From contig CAVWZL010000014.1 in NCBI GenBank assembly GCA_963759495.1, forward strand, positions 25,961 to 89,960: DNA of 64,000 nucleotides, written 5' to 3'. Position 1 is the stretch's first letter. The number at the start of each line of letters is the position of its first letter. Shown in pieces: positions 28,889-39,584 of the stretch. Source of the stretch: an uncultured Chloroflexia bacterium. GTDB lineage: Bacteria; Chloroflexota; Limnocylindria; Limnocylindrales; CSP1-4. The position numbers and the translations under genes are program-made. The notes beneath the pieces are model-generated. The model had not been told where the DNA came from. It saw only the letters and a program-made list of their open reading frames with translations, and ran no database searches.

Positions 28889-30754
28889 TCAGGTCCCGAT
28901 CGGCGTGCTGGTCGCCGCGGCGGCGGTGCCCGGGGCGGCGCCTGCGCTCGCGCTCCCGTCGCGCAGGATCTCGACCGTCCCGGCGGACCCGTCGACGCGC
29001 ACCCGATCCCCCGTCGCGATCCGGTGCGTCGCAACCGACGTCCCGATGACGGCCGGGATCCCGAACTCACGGGCGAGGACCGCCGGGTGCGAGGTGGTAC
29101 CGCCGGTGTCCGTCACGAGCGCCGCGATCTTGGTGAAGAGCACGACCCACGCCGGGTTGGTCATCTGACAGACGAGGATGTCGCCCTCGGCCACCTCGTC
29201 GAACTCGTCCACGGTCCGCACGACGCGCGCGATGCCTTCGACGACACCGGGTGATGCGCCGATGCCGCTGACCTGGAGCTGGTCCTCCGACTGCTGCTGA
29301 TAGAAGCGGTCGGGATAGCCCCAGTTCACGAGGTACGGGAAGGCGAGCTGAGAGGGCGTCGCCGTCCCGACCCAGTTGCGCGGCCGGAGCTTCGTCGACG
29401 CCTCGCGCTCGGCACGACGCGCGGCCACGATGCCGCGGCCATCGACGCCCTCCGCGTCGCCGATGAGCATCCGGAGCTCGTTGTAGCGCAGGTACATCAC
29501 GTCGTCGGGCTGGTCCAGCCGGCCCGCCTCGACGAGCTTTCGGCCGATCGCCATGAGCACGAGCCGGACATGCGCGTTCGCACCCTGGTCGATGTAGAAG
29601 TGGTGGTCGGGCGTGAGCGGCGCCATCCGCAGGTTGATCTCGTTCGCGGCGCGCATCTCCTCCAACGCGTCACCTTCGAGCCCGTCGAGGATCTCGCTCG
29701 ATGCCGCCTCGATGTCGCTGCGCATCGTCTCGATCGCGCTCGGGTAGTCGTAGTCGGTCTCCAGATAGCCGCGGATGAGGTCGAGGACCGGCTCGAGCTC
29801 CTCGCGCACCGTCGGGAAGATGAACTCGTGGCTCCAGACGGCGTGCCAGCCGAACTCGCGCTGGTACGGCTCGATCCGCTCGTCGATGAACCGGCGGCCC
29901 CGCTCGGAATCCCGAAGGGCCGCAGCGATCGCGTCTGCGTCGCCGGCCCCGAAGGCTGCTCGCAGCTCGGCGTCGTCGCGCACCTCGTTCTTCATCCGCC
30001 AGAGCGCCTCGATCGAGTCCCAGTTCCGATCGGAGGCGGAGTTCTGGAGGCGCCCGAGCAGCTCCTCGTCGATCGTGCCGCGCGTCTTCTCCATCACCGC
30101 CCGCAGGTTGAGCGTGGCCGACAGCTGCGCGAAGTTGAGCATCCAGTGGATCTTCCAGTGCCGATCGTGGACGTCGATTGCGTCCTCGAGCAGGCAGGCG
30201 ACCTCGGCCAGCGACATGCCGTCGGCCTCGTCCAGACGCGCCTCGAGGAAGTCGAAGTTGCGCTGCATCTCGGGCACGAGGCGGTCGTGCCACCAGTCCG
30301 CGAACTGGCGGCCGTAGACGGGCAGGACGGTGTCGAGGTACGCGCCCATCTTCGACCCGAACTCGGCGTCCTTCGGGACGCGGGCACCGTACCGGGCGCT
30401 GTACTCGGTCCCTTCGATGCGCACATCCGGATCGGCGGGCACGGCGGTTGTGTAGACGTAGCCGTTGACGTTCTTGGCGAGCCAGTCCACCGCGAACGGT
30501 GTTCCGAACCGACGGAACATGTGGTCGCAGCTCAGCCACCAGCCACCGATGTCGAAGAACATCGGGCTGACCGGGTGCGGGATGTGCAGGTCGTCGTAGA
30601 CCCAGAAGAAGTCCTTCTCGGCGTCCGATTCCCACGTCACGGGGAACGTCTCGTCGCCGAGGAACTGGCCGAGGATCTCCTCGCTCGCTGCCACGGACCG
30701 GTCCTCCACGATGTCGCCTGGCCACGCCGTTGCGTCGGGGGGTCTATCGATCAT
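28889..30754 (-). CDS. PEP-utilising-enzyme mobile (swivel His) domain protein with an unassigned ~480-aa N-terminal domain
   Basis: Intact 621 aa. C-terminus GIGASPGVVEGIARVV..LVCQMTNPAWVVLFTKIAALVTDTGGTTSHPAVLAREFGIPAVIG. No GGKxxNLG ATP-grasp motif seen in the N-terminal part. Confidence 0.75.
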   Translation of the reverse strand: MIDRPPDATAWPGDIVEDRSVAASEEILGQFLGDETFPVTWESDAEKDFFWVYDDLHIPHPVSPMFFDIGGWWLSCDHMFRRFGTPFAVDWLAKNVNGYVYTTAVPADPDVRIEGTEYSARYGARVPKDAEFGSKMGAYLDTVLPVYGRQFADWWHDRLVPEMQRNFDFLEARLDEADGMSLAEVACLLEDAIDVHDRHWKIHWMLNFAQLSATLNLRAVMEKTRGTIDEELLGRLQNSASDRNWDSIEALWRMKNEVRDDAELRAAFGAGDADAIAAALRDSERGRRFIDERIEPYQREFGWHAVWSHEFIFPTVREELEPVLDLIRGYLETDYDYPSAIETMRSDIEAASSEILDGLEGDALEEMRAANEINLRMAPLTPDHHFYIDQGANAHVRLVLMAIGRKLVEAGRLDQPDDVMYLRYNELRMLIGDAEGVDGRGIVAARRAEREASTKLRPRNWVGTATPSQLAFPYLVNWGYPDRFYQQQSEDQLQVSGIGASPGVVEGIARVVRTVDEFDEVAEGDILVCQMTNPAWVVLFTKIAALVTDTGGTTSHPAVLAREFGIPAVIGTSVATHRIATGDRVRVDGSAGTVEILRDGSASAGAAPGTAAAATSTPIGT

Positions 30755-30758
30755 CGAT
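30746..30758. promoter_or_regulatory. 13-bp palindrome ATCGAT-C-ATCGAT spanning the start codon of the 621-aa gene
   Basis: Perfect odd palindrome, AT-rich relative to its surroundings. Lies in or next to the 48-bp divergent gap between 30754 (-) and 30803 (+). Confidence 0.3.
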
Positions 30759-30802
30759 TATGATGCCTGCGCCCAGACGCTGCGAGCGACGAGGAGACCG
30801 AG

Positions 30803-31913
30803 GTGATCGCGCCCACGCACGAGGAGCTGATCGACAGCCCGATGCTGCGGACCGCGCGCAGCGGCCCCACGGACTACTGGAACGACTCGTGCGCGATCGA
30901 CGAGCTGGCCTACGCGGTGGCCCGGGGCGCGACGGGCGCGACCTCGAACCCGAGCATCGTCCACGAGGTCCTTGGCAAGGAGAAGGCGCTACTGGACGCC
31001 GCGGATCCAGGAGCTTGCCGCTGCGGATCCGAGCGCCACGGAGACCGATCTCACCTGGGCCGTCGTCGAGGAGATGGCCGTGCGCGGCGCCGCGATCCTG
31101 CAGCCCGTCTTCGAGCGCGAGGGCGGCCGAAAGGGGCGGCTCTCGCTGCAGACGAATCCCGCCAACTACCCGAACGCCGAGCGGATGCTCGAGCAGGGCC
31201 GTCGCTTCGCCACGCTCGCCCCGAACATGCAGGTCAAGTTCCCGGCCACACGCGCGGGCCTCGAAGCGATCGAGACCGCCACGGCCGAGGGGATCAGCAT
31301 CAACGCGACCGTGTCCTTCACGGTGTCGCAGGCCCTGGCGGTCGCCGAGGCCGTGGAGCGAGGTCTTGCGAGGTTCGAGGCGAATGGCGGCGATCCCGCG
31401 ACGGTACGGCCGGTGTGCACGCTGATGGTCGGGCGGCTCGACGACTGGCTGCGGGTCCTGGCCGAGCGCGATGACGTGGCGGTCGATCCCGATGCCCTCA
31501 ACTGGGCCGGGATCGCGGCCTTCAAGCGTGCCTACGCCCTGTACGGGGAGCGCGGGTACCGGACGCGCATGCTCGCGGCGGCGTACCGGCATCGGCTGCA
31601 CTGGACCGAGCTCGTCGGCGGCGACATCGTCATGACGATGACCCACGCCTGGCAGGCCCGCTTCAACGCGAGCGGCATCAACCCCGAGCCACGGATCGAG
31701 GTCCCGGTCCCTCCCCGCATCGTCGACGAGCTGCTGGCCCGGTTCCCCGACTTCGCGCGGGCGTATGAGCCCGACGGCCTGGCCGTTGACGAGTTCGATG
31801 GCTACGGCGCCACGGTCCGGACGCTGCGCGGGTTCATCGCCTCGTACCACGACCTGATCGGCGCCGTACGCGACCTCGTCCTGCCAGACCCGGACGTGCG
31901 CCGGGGCGGGTAG
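30803..31913 (+). pseudogene. tal: Transaldolase (long type), one frame change
   Basis: GAGGAG RBS precedes GTG 30803. TDYWNDSCAIDELAYAVARGATGATSNPSIV, then from ~30990 ORF 30972..31913 (LSLQTNPANYPN, VKFPATRAGLEAIE, ISINATVSF). Confidence 0.8.
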
Positions 31914-31928
31914 CCCCGACGCCGCAGG

Positions 31929-32595
31929 TCAGGCCTTGGCGGCGGCCGCCTCGCGGGCCTTCTCCCAGTCCGCCTTGAACTGCGTGATGCCCGAGTCGGT
32001 CAGCGGGTGGTGGACCATCTGCTTCAGGATCTTGAAGGGCAACGTTGCGACATGCGCGCCGGCGAGCGCCGCCTGCGTCATATGCAGCGGGTTCCGGATC
32101 GAGGCGGCAAGCACCTCGGACTCGATGTCGTGCAGCGCGAAGATCTCGGCCAGCTCGCGGATGATGATCATCCCGTCCTGGTTGATGTCGTCGAGCCGCC
32201 CGATGAAGGGGCTGATGAGGCTCGCGCCGGCCTTGGCCGCCAGGAGACCCTGGTTCGTCGAGAAGATCAGCGTGCAGTTCGTCTTGATCCCCTCGTCCGC
32301 GAACCGGCTGATCGCCTCGAGCCCGTTCTCGCTCATCGCGACCTTGACCACGATGTTGGGGGCGATCTTCGCGAAGCGCGCGGCCCTCGTTCAGCATGCC
32401 TTCGACGTCGTCGGCGACGACCTCGGCCGAAACGGGTCCGGGCGTGATCGAGCAGACCTGCCGGAGGATGTCTTCGTACGAGGAACCGCTCGTCTTCGCG
32501 TAGAGCGACGGGTTCGTGGTGACGCCGTCAACGACGCCCCACCGGACGGCGGTGCGGATCTCTTCGAGATCCGCGGTGTCAAGGAAGATCTTCAT
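31929..32595 (-). pseudogene. Short-type transaldolase / fructose-6-phosphate aldolase family, one frame change
   Basis: [31 protein letters not shown] (ORF 31834..32595), then from ~32375 ORF 31929..32351 ([31 protein letters not shown]). Confidence 0.8.
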
Positions 32596-32713
32596 GGTGC
32601 GAGCTCCTGTGGACGTGACCCCACCATCGTACCCGCGGGCACGCGCACGGAGGGTGCGCAGGATCGCCGCGCACCTTGCAGCGATCTCGATGCGGTTGGG
32701 CGCGTCGACCGGT

Positions 32714-33637
32714 TCAGCTCGCCCGGTAGAACAGCCAGGCGTCCCGCATCCGCTGCGTCTGTCCGGGGGTGAACTCGGTGTAGCAGGTGTCGTACGAGTA
32801 GTCCATGTAGTTGTGGATGTTGTCGACGCCCGGTGCCCGGCACGTGTCCTTGCCCACCGGGCAGCCGGAGGACGGCGTCTTCTGGGCCGGGGTGTCGGCG
32901 ACGAAGTCGCCCTTGTTACAGCCGCCCTGGAACGTGTGCTCGAGGTTCAGCCAGTGGCCGGCCTCGTGGGTCAGCGTCTCGCCGAGGTCGTAGCGGCCGG
33001 CGTACGTGGTCGACGCCCCGGGGACGGTTCGCCAGTCCAGCACGATCCCGTCGAGGTAGTCCTGCGACGAGTCCGTGATGCTGGGAAGGTAGGCCCAGCC
33101 CAGGAAGCCGCCGCCGCTCGTCGAGTAGACGTTGAGCGTGTTGTCGCCCCCGCGCTTGAGCGCCTGCTTCATCGCCGACTCGGCACCGCCGGAGGTCGAG
33201 GCGTACCACGTGGCGTTGTTGGTTCGCGTGGTGCCCGCGAGCGCGAACGAGAAGCCTGTGCTCGCGCCGCCTTCGCCACCGCCGTAGGTCTTGTTGAGGA
33301 CGGCCACCTGGGCGTTGATCTGTGTGGACGTGAGGCTGCCCGTCGTGCCGTTGGTGATCACATGGAACCAGACCGGGATGCTGGCCGAGAAGCCCGTGGC
33401 AGGCGCCTTGCCCTTGGCCCTGGCCGGCAGGTCGACATGCGCCTGCCCGAGATCCTTCTCGCGGACGACGCCGTCGCGACCGACGAAGATCTCGCGCGCC
33501 GTGGACGTTCCGTCGGGACCACAGGCAAGGGACGAGTCCCCGCCGCCGGCCGAGACCGCCAGCACGGAGGTCGGGACGAGGGTGAGTGACAGGGCGGCGG
33601 CCGCGAAGATCGTGGCCAGACGGCGGGGCAGCTGCAT
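32714..33637 (-). CDS. Secreted M43-family zinc metalloprotease
   Basis: GAGGAG RBS precedes ATG 33637. Signal peptide [27 protein letters not shown]. Zinc site [13 protein letters not shown] and a Cys-rich C-terminus. Confidence 0.8.
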   Translation of the reverse strand: MQLPRRLATIFAAAALSLTLVPTSVLAVSAGGGDSSLACGPDGTSTAREIFVGRDGVVREKDLGQAHVDLPARAKGKAPATGFSASIPVWFHVITNGTTGSLTSTQINAQVAVLNKTYGGGEGGASTGFSFALAGTTRTNNATWYASTSGGAESAMKQALKRGGDNTLNVYSTSGGGFLGWAYLPSITDSSQDYLDGIVLDWRTVPGASTTYAGRYDLGETLTHEAGHWLNLEHTFQGGCNKGDFVADTPAQKTPSSGCPVGKDTCRAPGVDNIHNYMDYSYDTCYTEFTPGQTQRMRDAWLFYRAS

Positions 33638-33689
33638 GGGGCGCTCCTCGTGTCGGGTGGGCGAAGCTGCCCGGCCCCGGTGGCCTCCG

Positions 33690-33717
33690 ACTCTACCGCA
33701 CGAATTTGCGGACACAA
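33690..33717 (-). promoter_or_regulatory. Candidate sigma-70-type promoter for the M43 protease gene
   Basis: Minus strand reads TTGTGT-N16-TAGAGT. The spacer contains the inverted repeat CCGCA-N6-TGCGG. The -10 lies about 53 nt upstream of the ATG. Confidence 0.3.
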
Positions 33718-33805
33718 CGGGCACCCGACCGTCCAGTTTCGTGGTGGTGCGACCGCGCACCGTGGTCCCGACGTCGGCCCGAAGGGTCGCGGCGCGCCGC
33801 GCATT

Positions 33806-34489
33806 CTAGAAGCGGTCGGCGATCCCGCGGACGAGTGCCGTGAACGGACCGATCGCGAGGCTGCCTGCCACCGCCAGGGCCAGCGTGGCGAGGTAGCCGC
33901 CGACTCGCTCCCCGTGTCGCAGGAGGAGGAGTGGCAGCATCGCGCCGATCACGGCTTCGACGGTGAACAGCGCCCGCGTGGCGTCCCCGACCCGCGCGCC
34001 GAACACGATCCCCTCTGCGATGAGCGCGGCGGACAGGATGGCGACCGCGATGATCCGCGGCCAGCGCGACCAGTGCCGCCACGCGCCACCAGCAGCCCCG
34101 TACACCGGACCCGCGGCGAGCGCGACCGAGCCCCAGATCATCGCGGCGTGCGATGCACCGATCGCACGGATGCCGTCGACCCACAGGGCGATGAGCAGGT
34201 AGTAGGCGCCCACCGCGCTCGAGGAGCCCGATCACTCCGCGCAGCGCCCCGGTCGGAACGGTCCGCGCAGAGGCGCCGAGCAGGAATGCGACCGCAACCC
34301 ACGCACCGAGGGCGTTCGCCGGCAGGAGGACGCTCCACGGATATTCGAGCTGGTCCGCGATCCACGCGAGGGCGCCAAGCCCCACGCCGATCCCGATCCC
34401 CGTGCCGAACCCGAACGCCGCGCGACTTGCGAGCGCGGGGGGTCTGGGGCTGGCGGTCGTCGGTCGGCCGCTGACGGTGCGGCCGTCCA

Positions 34490-34493
<4 letters not shown>
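33806..34493 (-). pseudogene. Integral membrane protein of unknown function, one frame change
   Basis: The N-terminus (GFGTGIGIGVGLGALAWIADQLEYPWSVLLPANALGAWVAVAFLLG) lies in ORF 33693..34493. From ~34220 it continues in ORF 33806..34213 (four further hydrophobic helices). Confidence 0.55.
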
Positions 34494-36207
<1,714 letters not shown>

Positions 36208-36234
36208 GGGTCGGGTCCTCCGGGGGTTTTTCCA

Positions 36235-36263
36235 ATGCTATCGAATCGGGACCCTCGGGGCAA
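36235..36263 (-). promoter_or_regulatory. Candidate promoter for pyrG
   Basis: Minus strand reads TTGCCC-N17-TAGCAT, about 28 nt upstream of the GGAGGA RBS and ATG 36207. Confidence 0.35.
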
Positions 36264-36272
36264 GCCGCGCCG

Positions 36273-37295
36273 TCACGGCGCGACGGCGTCGAGCATCCGG
36301 AGCACGGCATCCGAGACGATCTCCGGCCGCTCGCTCGGGATCATGTGGCCGACGCTCGGAAGCGGTTCAAGCGTGCCCGCCACGGACTCGTCGGCATACG
36401 CCTGCTGGCCGGCAAGCCACGCCTCCGTGAACGCCGCGCGGAGCTCATCCGGCAGGCCGCCGTACTCGTCCGCCGCGGTCCGGGTGCCGCTGAGCACGAT
36501 GACGGGGGCGCCGCCGAACAGCGGGCCGGGTGCCTCGAGCGCGTCGCGAGCCTCCGCCTCGCTGTCCGCGAACGTGATGCTCTCCCGGTTCGCGTCCCAG
36601 CCCAGCTGCGGATCGGTCATGAGCTCGCGGAAGCGGGCGACCATCTCGGGCTCGCCGGGCGTCGCAGGTGGCAGCGCGGCGAGGTGCGCAGCAGAGACGG
36701 CCGGCCCGCGCGGGTCGACCATGACCACGCCGGCGACGCGCTCCGGATGCCGCTGGGCGTAGAGGCTCGTGACCCACGGCCCCATCGAATGGCTGACGAA
36801 CAGGTACGGACCGGGCAGGGCCGCGGCCTCGAGGAGGGCGTCGAGGTCGTCCGCCAGGTCACTCGCCGTCCGCGGGTGGTCCGGTGCCGCCGGGCTCGCG
36901 CCGGCGCCGGCGCGGTCGTAGGCACAGGCGCGGGTCCGTGTCGCGACCTGGCGCTGGACGGTGTCCCAGAACGACAGCTCGACGCCAAGGCCCGATTCGA
37001 AGATGACCGTCGGCACGCCGGGCGCCGCAGCCCCGTCGCAGCGGAGATGGAGCGTGCGGCCTTGGCCGATCGCCACGTCGGCGTCGAGCGGACCGGCGGC
37101 CTCCGACGCGGCGGGCGAGGCCGGCGCGGTTGGCGGCGGTGATGACGTGGCCGCACTTGCGGCTGCAGTCTCGGTGGCCGGTGCAGCCGACGCCATCGTC
37201 GGAACGGGGGTCGTGGGTGCGGGCTCGACCGGCGCGCAGGCTGCGACAGCGACGAGAGCCAGCAGCGCGACGAGGGCCGTCCGGCGAAGGGCCAC
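36273..37295 (-). CDS. Alpha/beta hydrolase, probable lipoprotein
   Basis: Preferred GTG at 37295: VALRRTALVALLALVAVAAC (lipobox-like). Ala/Pro/Thr linker, then VIFESGLG and FVSHSMG (nucleophile elbow GxSxG). Confidence 0.75.
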   Translation of the reverse strand: MALRRTALVALLALVAVAACAPVEPAPTTPVPTMASAAPATETAAASAATSSPPPTAPASPAASEAAGPLDADVAIGQGRTLHLRCDGAAAPGVPTVIFESGLGVELSFWDTVQRQVATRTRACAYDRAGAGASPAAPDHPRTASDLADDLDALLEAAALPGPYLFVSHSMGPWVTSLYAQRHPERVAGVVMVDPRGPAVSAAHLAALPPATPGEPEMVARFRELMTDPQLGWDANRESITFADSEAEARDALEAPGPLFGGAPVIVLSGTRTAADEYGGLPDELRAAFTEAWLAGQQAYADESVAGTLEPLPSVGHMIPSERPEIVSDAVLRMLDAVAP

Positions 37296-37315
37296 GTCCG
37301 TAGTGTGCGAGCTCG

Positions 37316-38257
37316 TCAAGGCGTTGCCTGGCCTCGGAGGGCCCTGGCTCGCGTCCGGCTGAGACGCGTCAGGGCCACGCCGCCCACGATCACGGCCCCG
37401 CCGAGGATCTGCCCCGGCCGGATCGCCTCGTTGAGGACGAGGAACGCGAGGACCACGGCCAGCGCGGGCACGAGCGTCTGCATGGCCGTGACGCGCGTGG
37501 GGCCGAGCAGGTGCACCCCGTGAAAGACGATCACGTTCCCGAGCCCGGCTGCCAGCATGCCGGAGTACGCGACGCCCAGCCACACGTCCGGGAGCAGGCT
37601 GACACCGGGCGTGGTGGCCAGTTGCCACGTCCCGATCGGGATGAGGATGAGTGTGCCGGCGACCGTGGCCCAGGTCGTCGTCCGGAGCGGCGACTGGCGG
37701 GCGAGGAACGGCGCACCGAAGGCGGTGTAGCCGCCCCAGCAGACCGCAGCCACCAGGGTAACCACGTACCCCGCGAGCGCGCCGCCCTGTCCGAACCCGG
37801 GCCCACCCGCGATGACGACGACGACGCCGATGAACGACAGGATCGAGCCGGCGAGCTTGGCTGGCGTCAGCGTATCGGCCCCCACCGCCACGGCGAGCAC
37901 GGCAGTGATGACCGGCGTCGTGGCGATCAGGACCGCGGAATCACCGGCGTTGATCTGCCCGAGCGCCGTCGTCCACAGGATCTGGTAGACCCCGAAGCCG
38001 ACCACGCCGAGGGCGAGGATCGGGAGTGCGTCGCGGCGCGGCAGCCAGATCGAGCCCTCCCGCCAGCGCAGCACGAGCAGCAGGACGGTCGAGGCGAGCG
38101 CGAACCGGAGCAGCGTGAAGCCGACCGGCGGCACGTGGTCGAGCGCCTGCTTGATGACGATGAAGTTGCCCGCCCACAGGGCCATGACGATGACGACGCC
38201 GACCTCGGCAAGCCGGCGCTCGCCGGGGGTTGCGGATCGCCTGTGAGGAGCGGACAC
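37316..38257 (-). CDS. EamA/DMT family transporter
   Basis: Intact 313 aa with about 10 hydrophobic segments and a duplicated EamA-like pattern. Confidence 0.85.
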   Translation of the reverse strand: MSAPHRRSATPGERRLAEVGVVIVMALWAGNFIVIKQALDHVPPVGFTLLRFALASTVLLLVLRWREGSIWLPRRDALPILALGVVGFGVYQILWTTALGQINAGDSAVLIATTPVITAVLAVAVGADTLTPAKLAGSILSFIGVVVVIAGGPGFGQGGALAGYVVTLVAAVCWGGYTAFGAPFLARQSPLRTTTWATVAGTLILIPIGTWQLATTPGVSLLPDVWLGVAYSGMLAAGLGNVIVFHGVHLLGPTRVTAMQTLVPALAVVLAFLVLNEAIRPGQILGGAVIVGGVALTRLSRTRARALRGQATP

Positions 38258-38337
38258 GGCGACGCCCGCCGGTTGCGCGGCGGGCGTCCGTGTGGCGAGG
38301 GCGGCGCGCTCGGCGCCGTCCCGGGCGGGTTCGGGGA

Positions 38338-38493
38338 TCAGGCGCCTTCGCGGTCGAGCTCGAGGATCTCCTCGTCAGCCTCTTCGGTCAGCTTCAGCCA
38401 GACGAAGAGCCCGGCGAGGATCGTCAGCGGAATGATGATGGCGGCGGCCAGCGTGATGCCGAGCGCTACGGCAACGGTCTTGAATGCCTTCAT
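38338..38493 (-). CDS. Small (51 aa) single-pass membrane protein, not in the ORF track
   Basis: AGGAGG RBS precedes ATG 38493, which overlaps the upstream stop (ATGA). MKAFKTVAVALGITLAAAIIIPLTILAGLFVWLKLTEEADEEILELDREGA. Confidence 0.5.
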   Translation of the reverse strand: MKAFKTVAVALGITLAAAIIIPLTILAGLFVWLKLTEEADEEILELDREGA

Positions 38494-39011
38494 GTTCCAA
38501 CCTCCTGCGTCGGTGGCTTGACGGGCTGTCGAAGCGTCGGTCCCCGCGAAACCATCTGGGTGATGTCGTCCTTGGTGAATTCCGCGAGCAGATGGTGATA
38601 GCCGGCGTTACCGGCGTACAGCAGGCGGACGACGAACGCGCCTTCCTGTTCGAAGAAGAAGACGTCCTTCGGCTGCTGCTCGTCCATGTATCGACCGAGG
38701 ACGCGGAACGCCGTCTCATAGTAGCCCGAGACATGCGGCGGGAGCACTTCCTGGCGTCCGCGACGGGCCGCGGCCTCATCCATGAAGCGGGCGATGTCCT
38801 CATCGAGGAACGTGAGCGTCTCCTTGGCCTGGGTGCCCATGCCTTCCGACCATTGGCCCGCGCCGGTGGACGTGACGAGACCCTGGACGATGAAGCCGTC
38901 GGGCGCCTCCACGAGCAGGACGTCCTTCATCCCGCGCTGGTCGAGGAACGCGCCGATCGACCGGAAGACTTCCTCGAAGTCCTGGCGGGGGCTGCCCTCG
39001 TAGATCCGCAT
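38490..39011 (-). CDS. Hypothetical cytoplasmic protein (173 aa) with apparent internal duplication
   Basis: GAAGGAGG RBS precedes ATG 39011 (MRIYEGSPRQDF). Two similar modules: KDVLLVEAPDGFIVQGLV..TLTFLDEDIARFM and KDVFFFEQEGAFVVRLLY..LAEFTKDDITQMV. Confidence 0.6.
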   Translation of the reverse strand: MRIYEGSPRQDFEEVFRSIGAFLDQRGMKDVLLVEAPDGFIVQGLVTSTGAGQWSEGMGTQAKETLTFLDEDIARFMDEAAARRGRQEVLPPHVSGYYETAFRVLGRYMDEQQPKDVFFFEQEGAFVVRLLYAGNAGYHHLLAEFTKDDITQMVSRGPTLRQPVKPPTQEVGT

Positions 39012-39375
39012 CGGGCCTCCTTCGGGGCCGGTCGCCTGGCTTGGCGCCGGGGGTCGTGTCGCGCGCCCCGCGTCCGTCGCGACGACAATCGGATGGCGAG
39101 TGTACCGAGCGCCAAAACGGGCGACAAGGGACTGGGTGCGTGGCGGCACCCCGTTCCGTGGCGGCGCCGGTGCGTGGCGGCCCGCCGTGCGTGGCGACCG
39201 CGGCCGCGCCGTAGCCCAAGAAGGACTACCAACCCGACCTGCTCACCCTCAGGCGTCCCTTTGAGCCCGTTTTAGTCGCCCGGGGCATATCCGGAGCCGG
39301 TGAGCCCGAATGCAGGCCGATTTCGGTGGCACCGCGAGCCCCTCCCCGCTCCGATAGACCTGCCATGCATATCAC

Positions 39376-39570
39376 GGGGCTGGCGCCGTCCTTTATGCGC
39401 ACCAGGCTTAGCTGGCAGCGAAATGCCTCAGACAACGACCGGAAGCGCGCCTCGTATGCCCGGGAAGCATCGTTCGGTGCGCGGGGAGCCGATCCCGATC
39501 GAGTTCGGACCGCTCCCGGCACAGTGCGCCCGTGGTTAAGCCTGACACGCATATCCCGGCGCCAGTCCCG
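39376..39570 (+). ncRNA. Candidate structured RNA (unknown family): 26-bp interrupted closing rod enclosing three hairpins
   Basis: P1 39376-87/39558-69 (12 bp, 1 G-U). P2 39394-99/39548-53. P3 39403-10/39537-44. Hairpins at 39414-27, 39445-82 and 39484-517. The two wobble pairs are G-U only on the + strand. Lies in a 573-bp lower-GC intergenic region. Confidence 0.35.
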
Positions 39571-39584
39571 GGGACGAGCTCCCG

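Noticed and set aside
19901-30754. Rifamycin-resistance pair (Rox-like monooxygenase at 19901-21400 plus an RPH-like phosphotransferase module at 28889-30754)
   Set aside because: The similarity is only at family or architecture level. I saw no rifampin-associated element (a GGGGCTTGCGGCAAGCCCC-like inverted repeat) upstream of either gene. The 621-aa protein lacks the ATP-grasp of RPH and sits in a Mo-hydroxylase operon.
22993-30754. Direct assignment as anaerobic phenol genes (phenylphosphate synthase plus 4-hydroxybenzoyl-CoA reductase)
   Set aside because: No UbiD/UbiX-type carboxylase, CoA ligase or CBS-domain subunit is nearby. The FAD subunit (~288 aa) shows no extra Fe-S insertion. 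The ATP-grasp protein carries its own His domain, unlike PpsB. This is used only as a mechanistic analogy.
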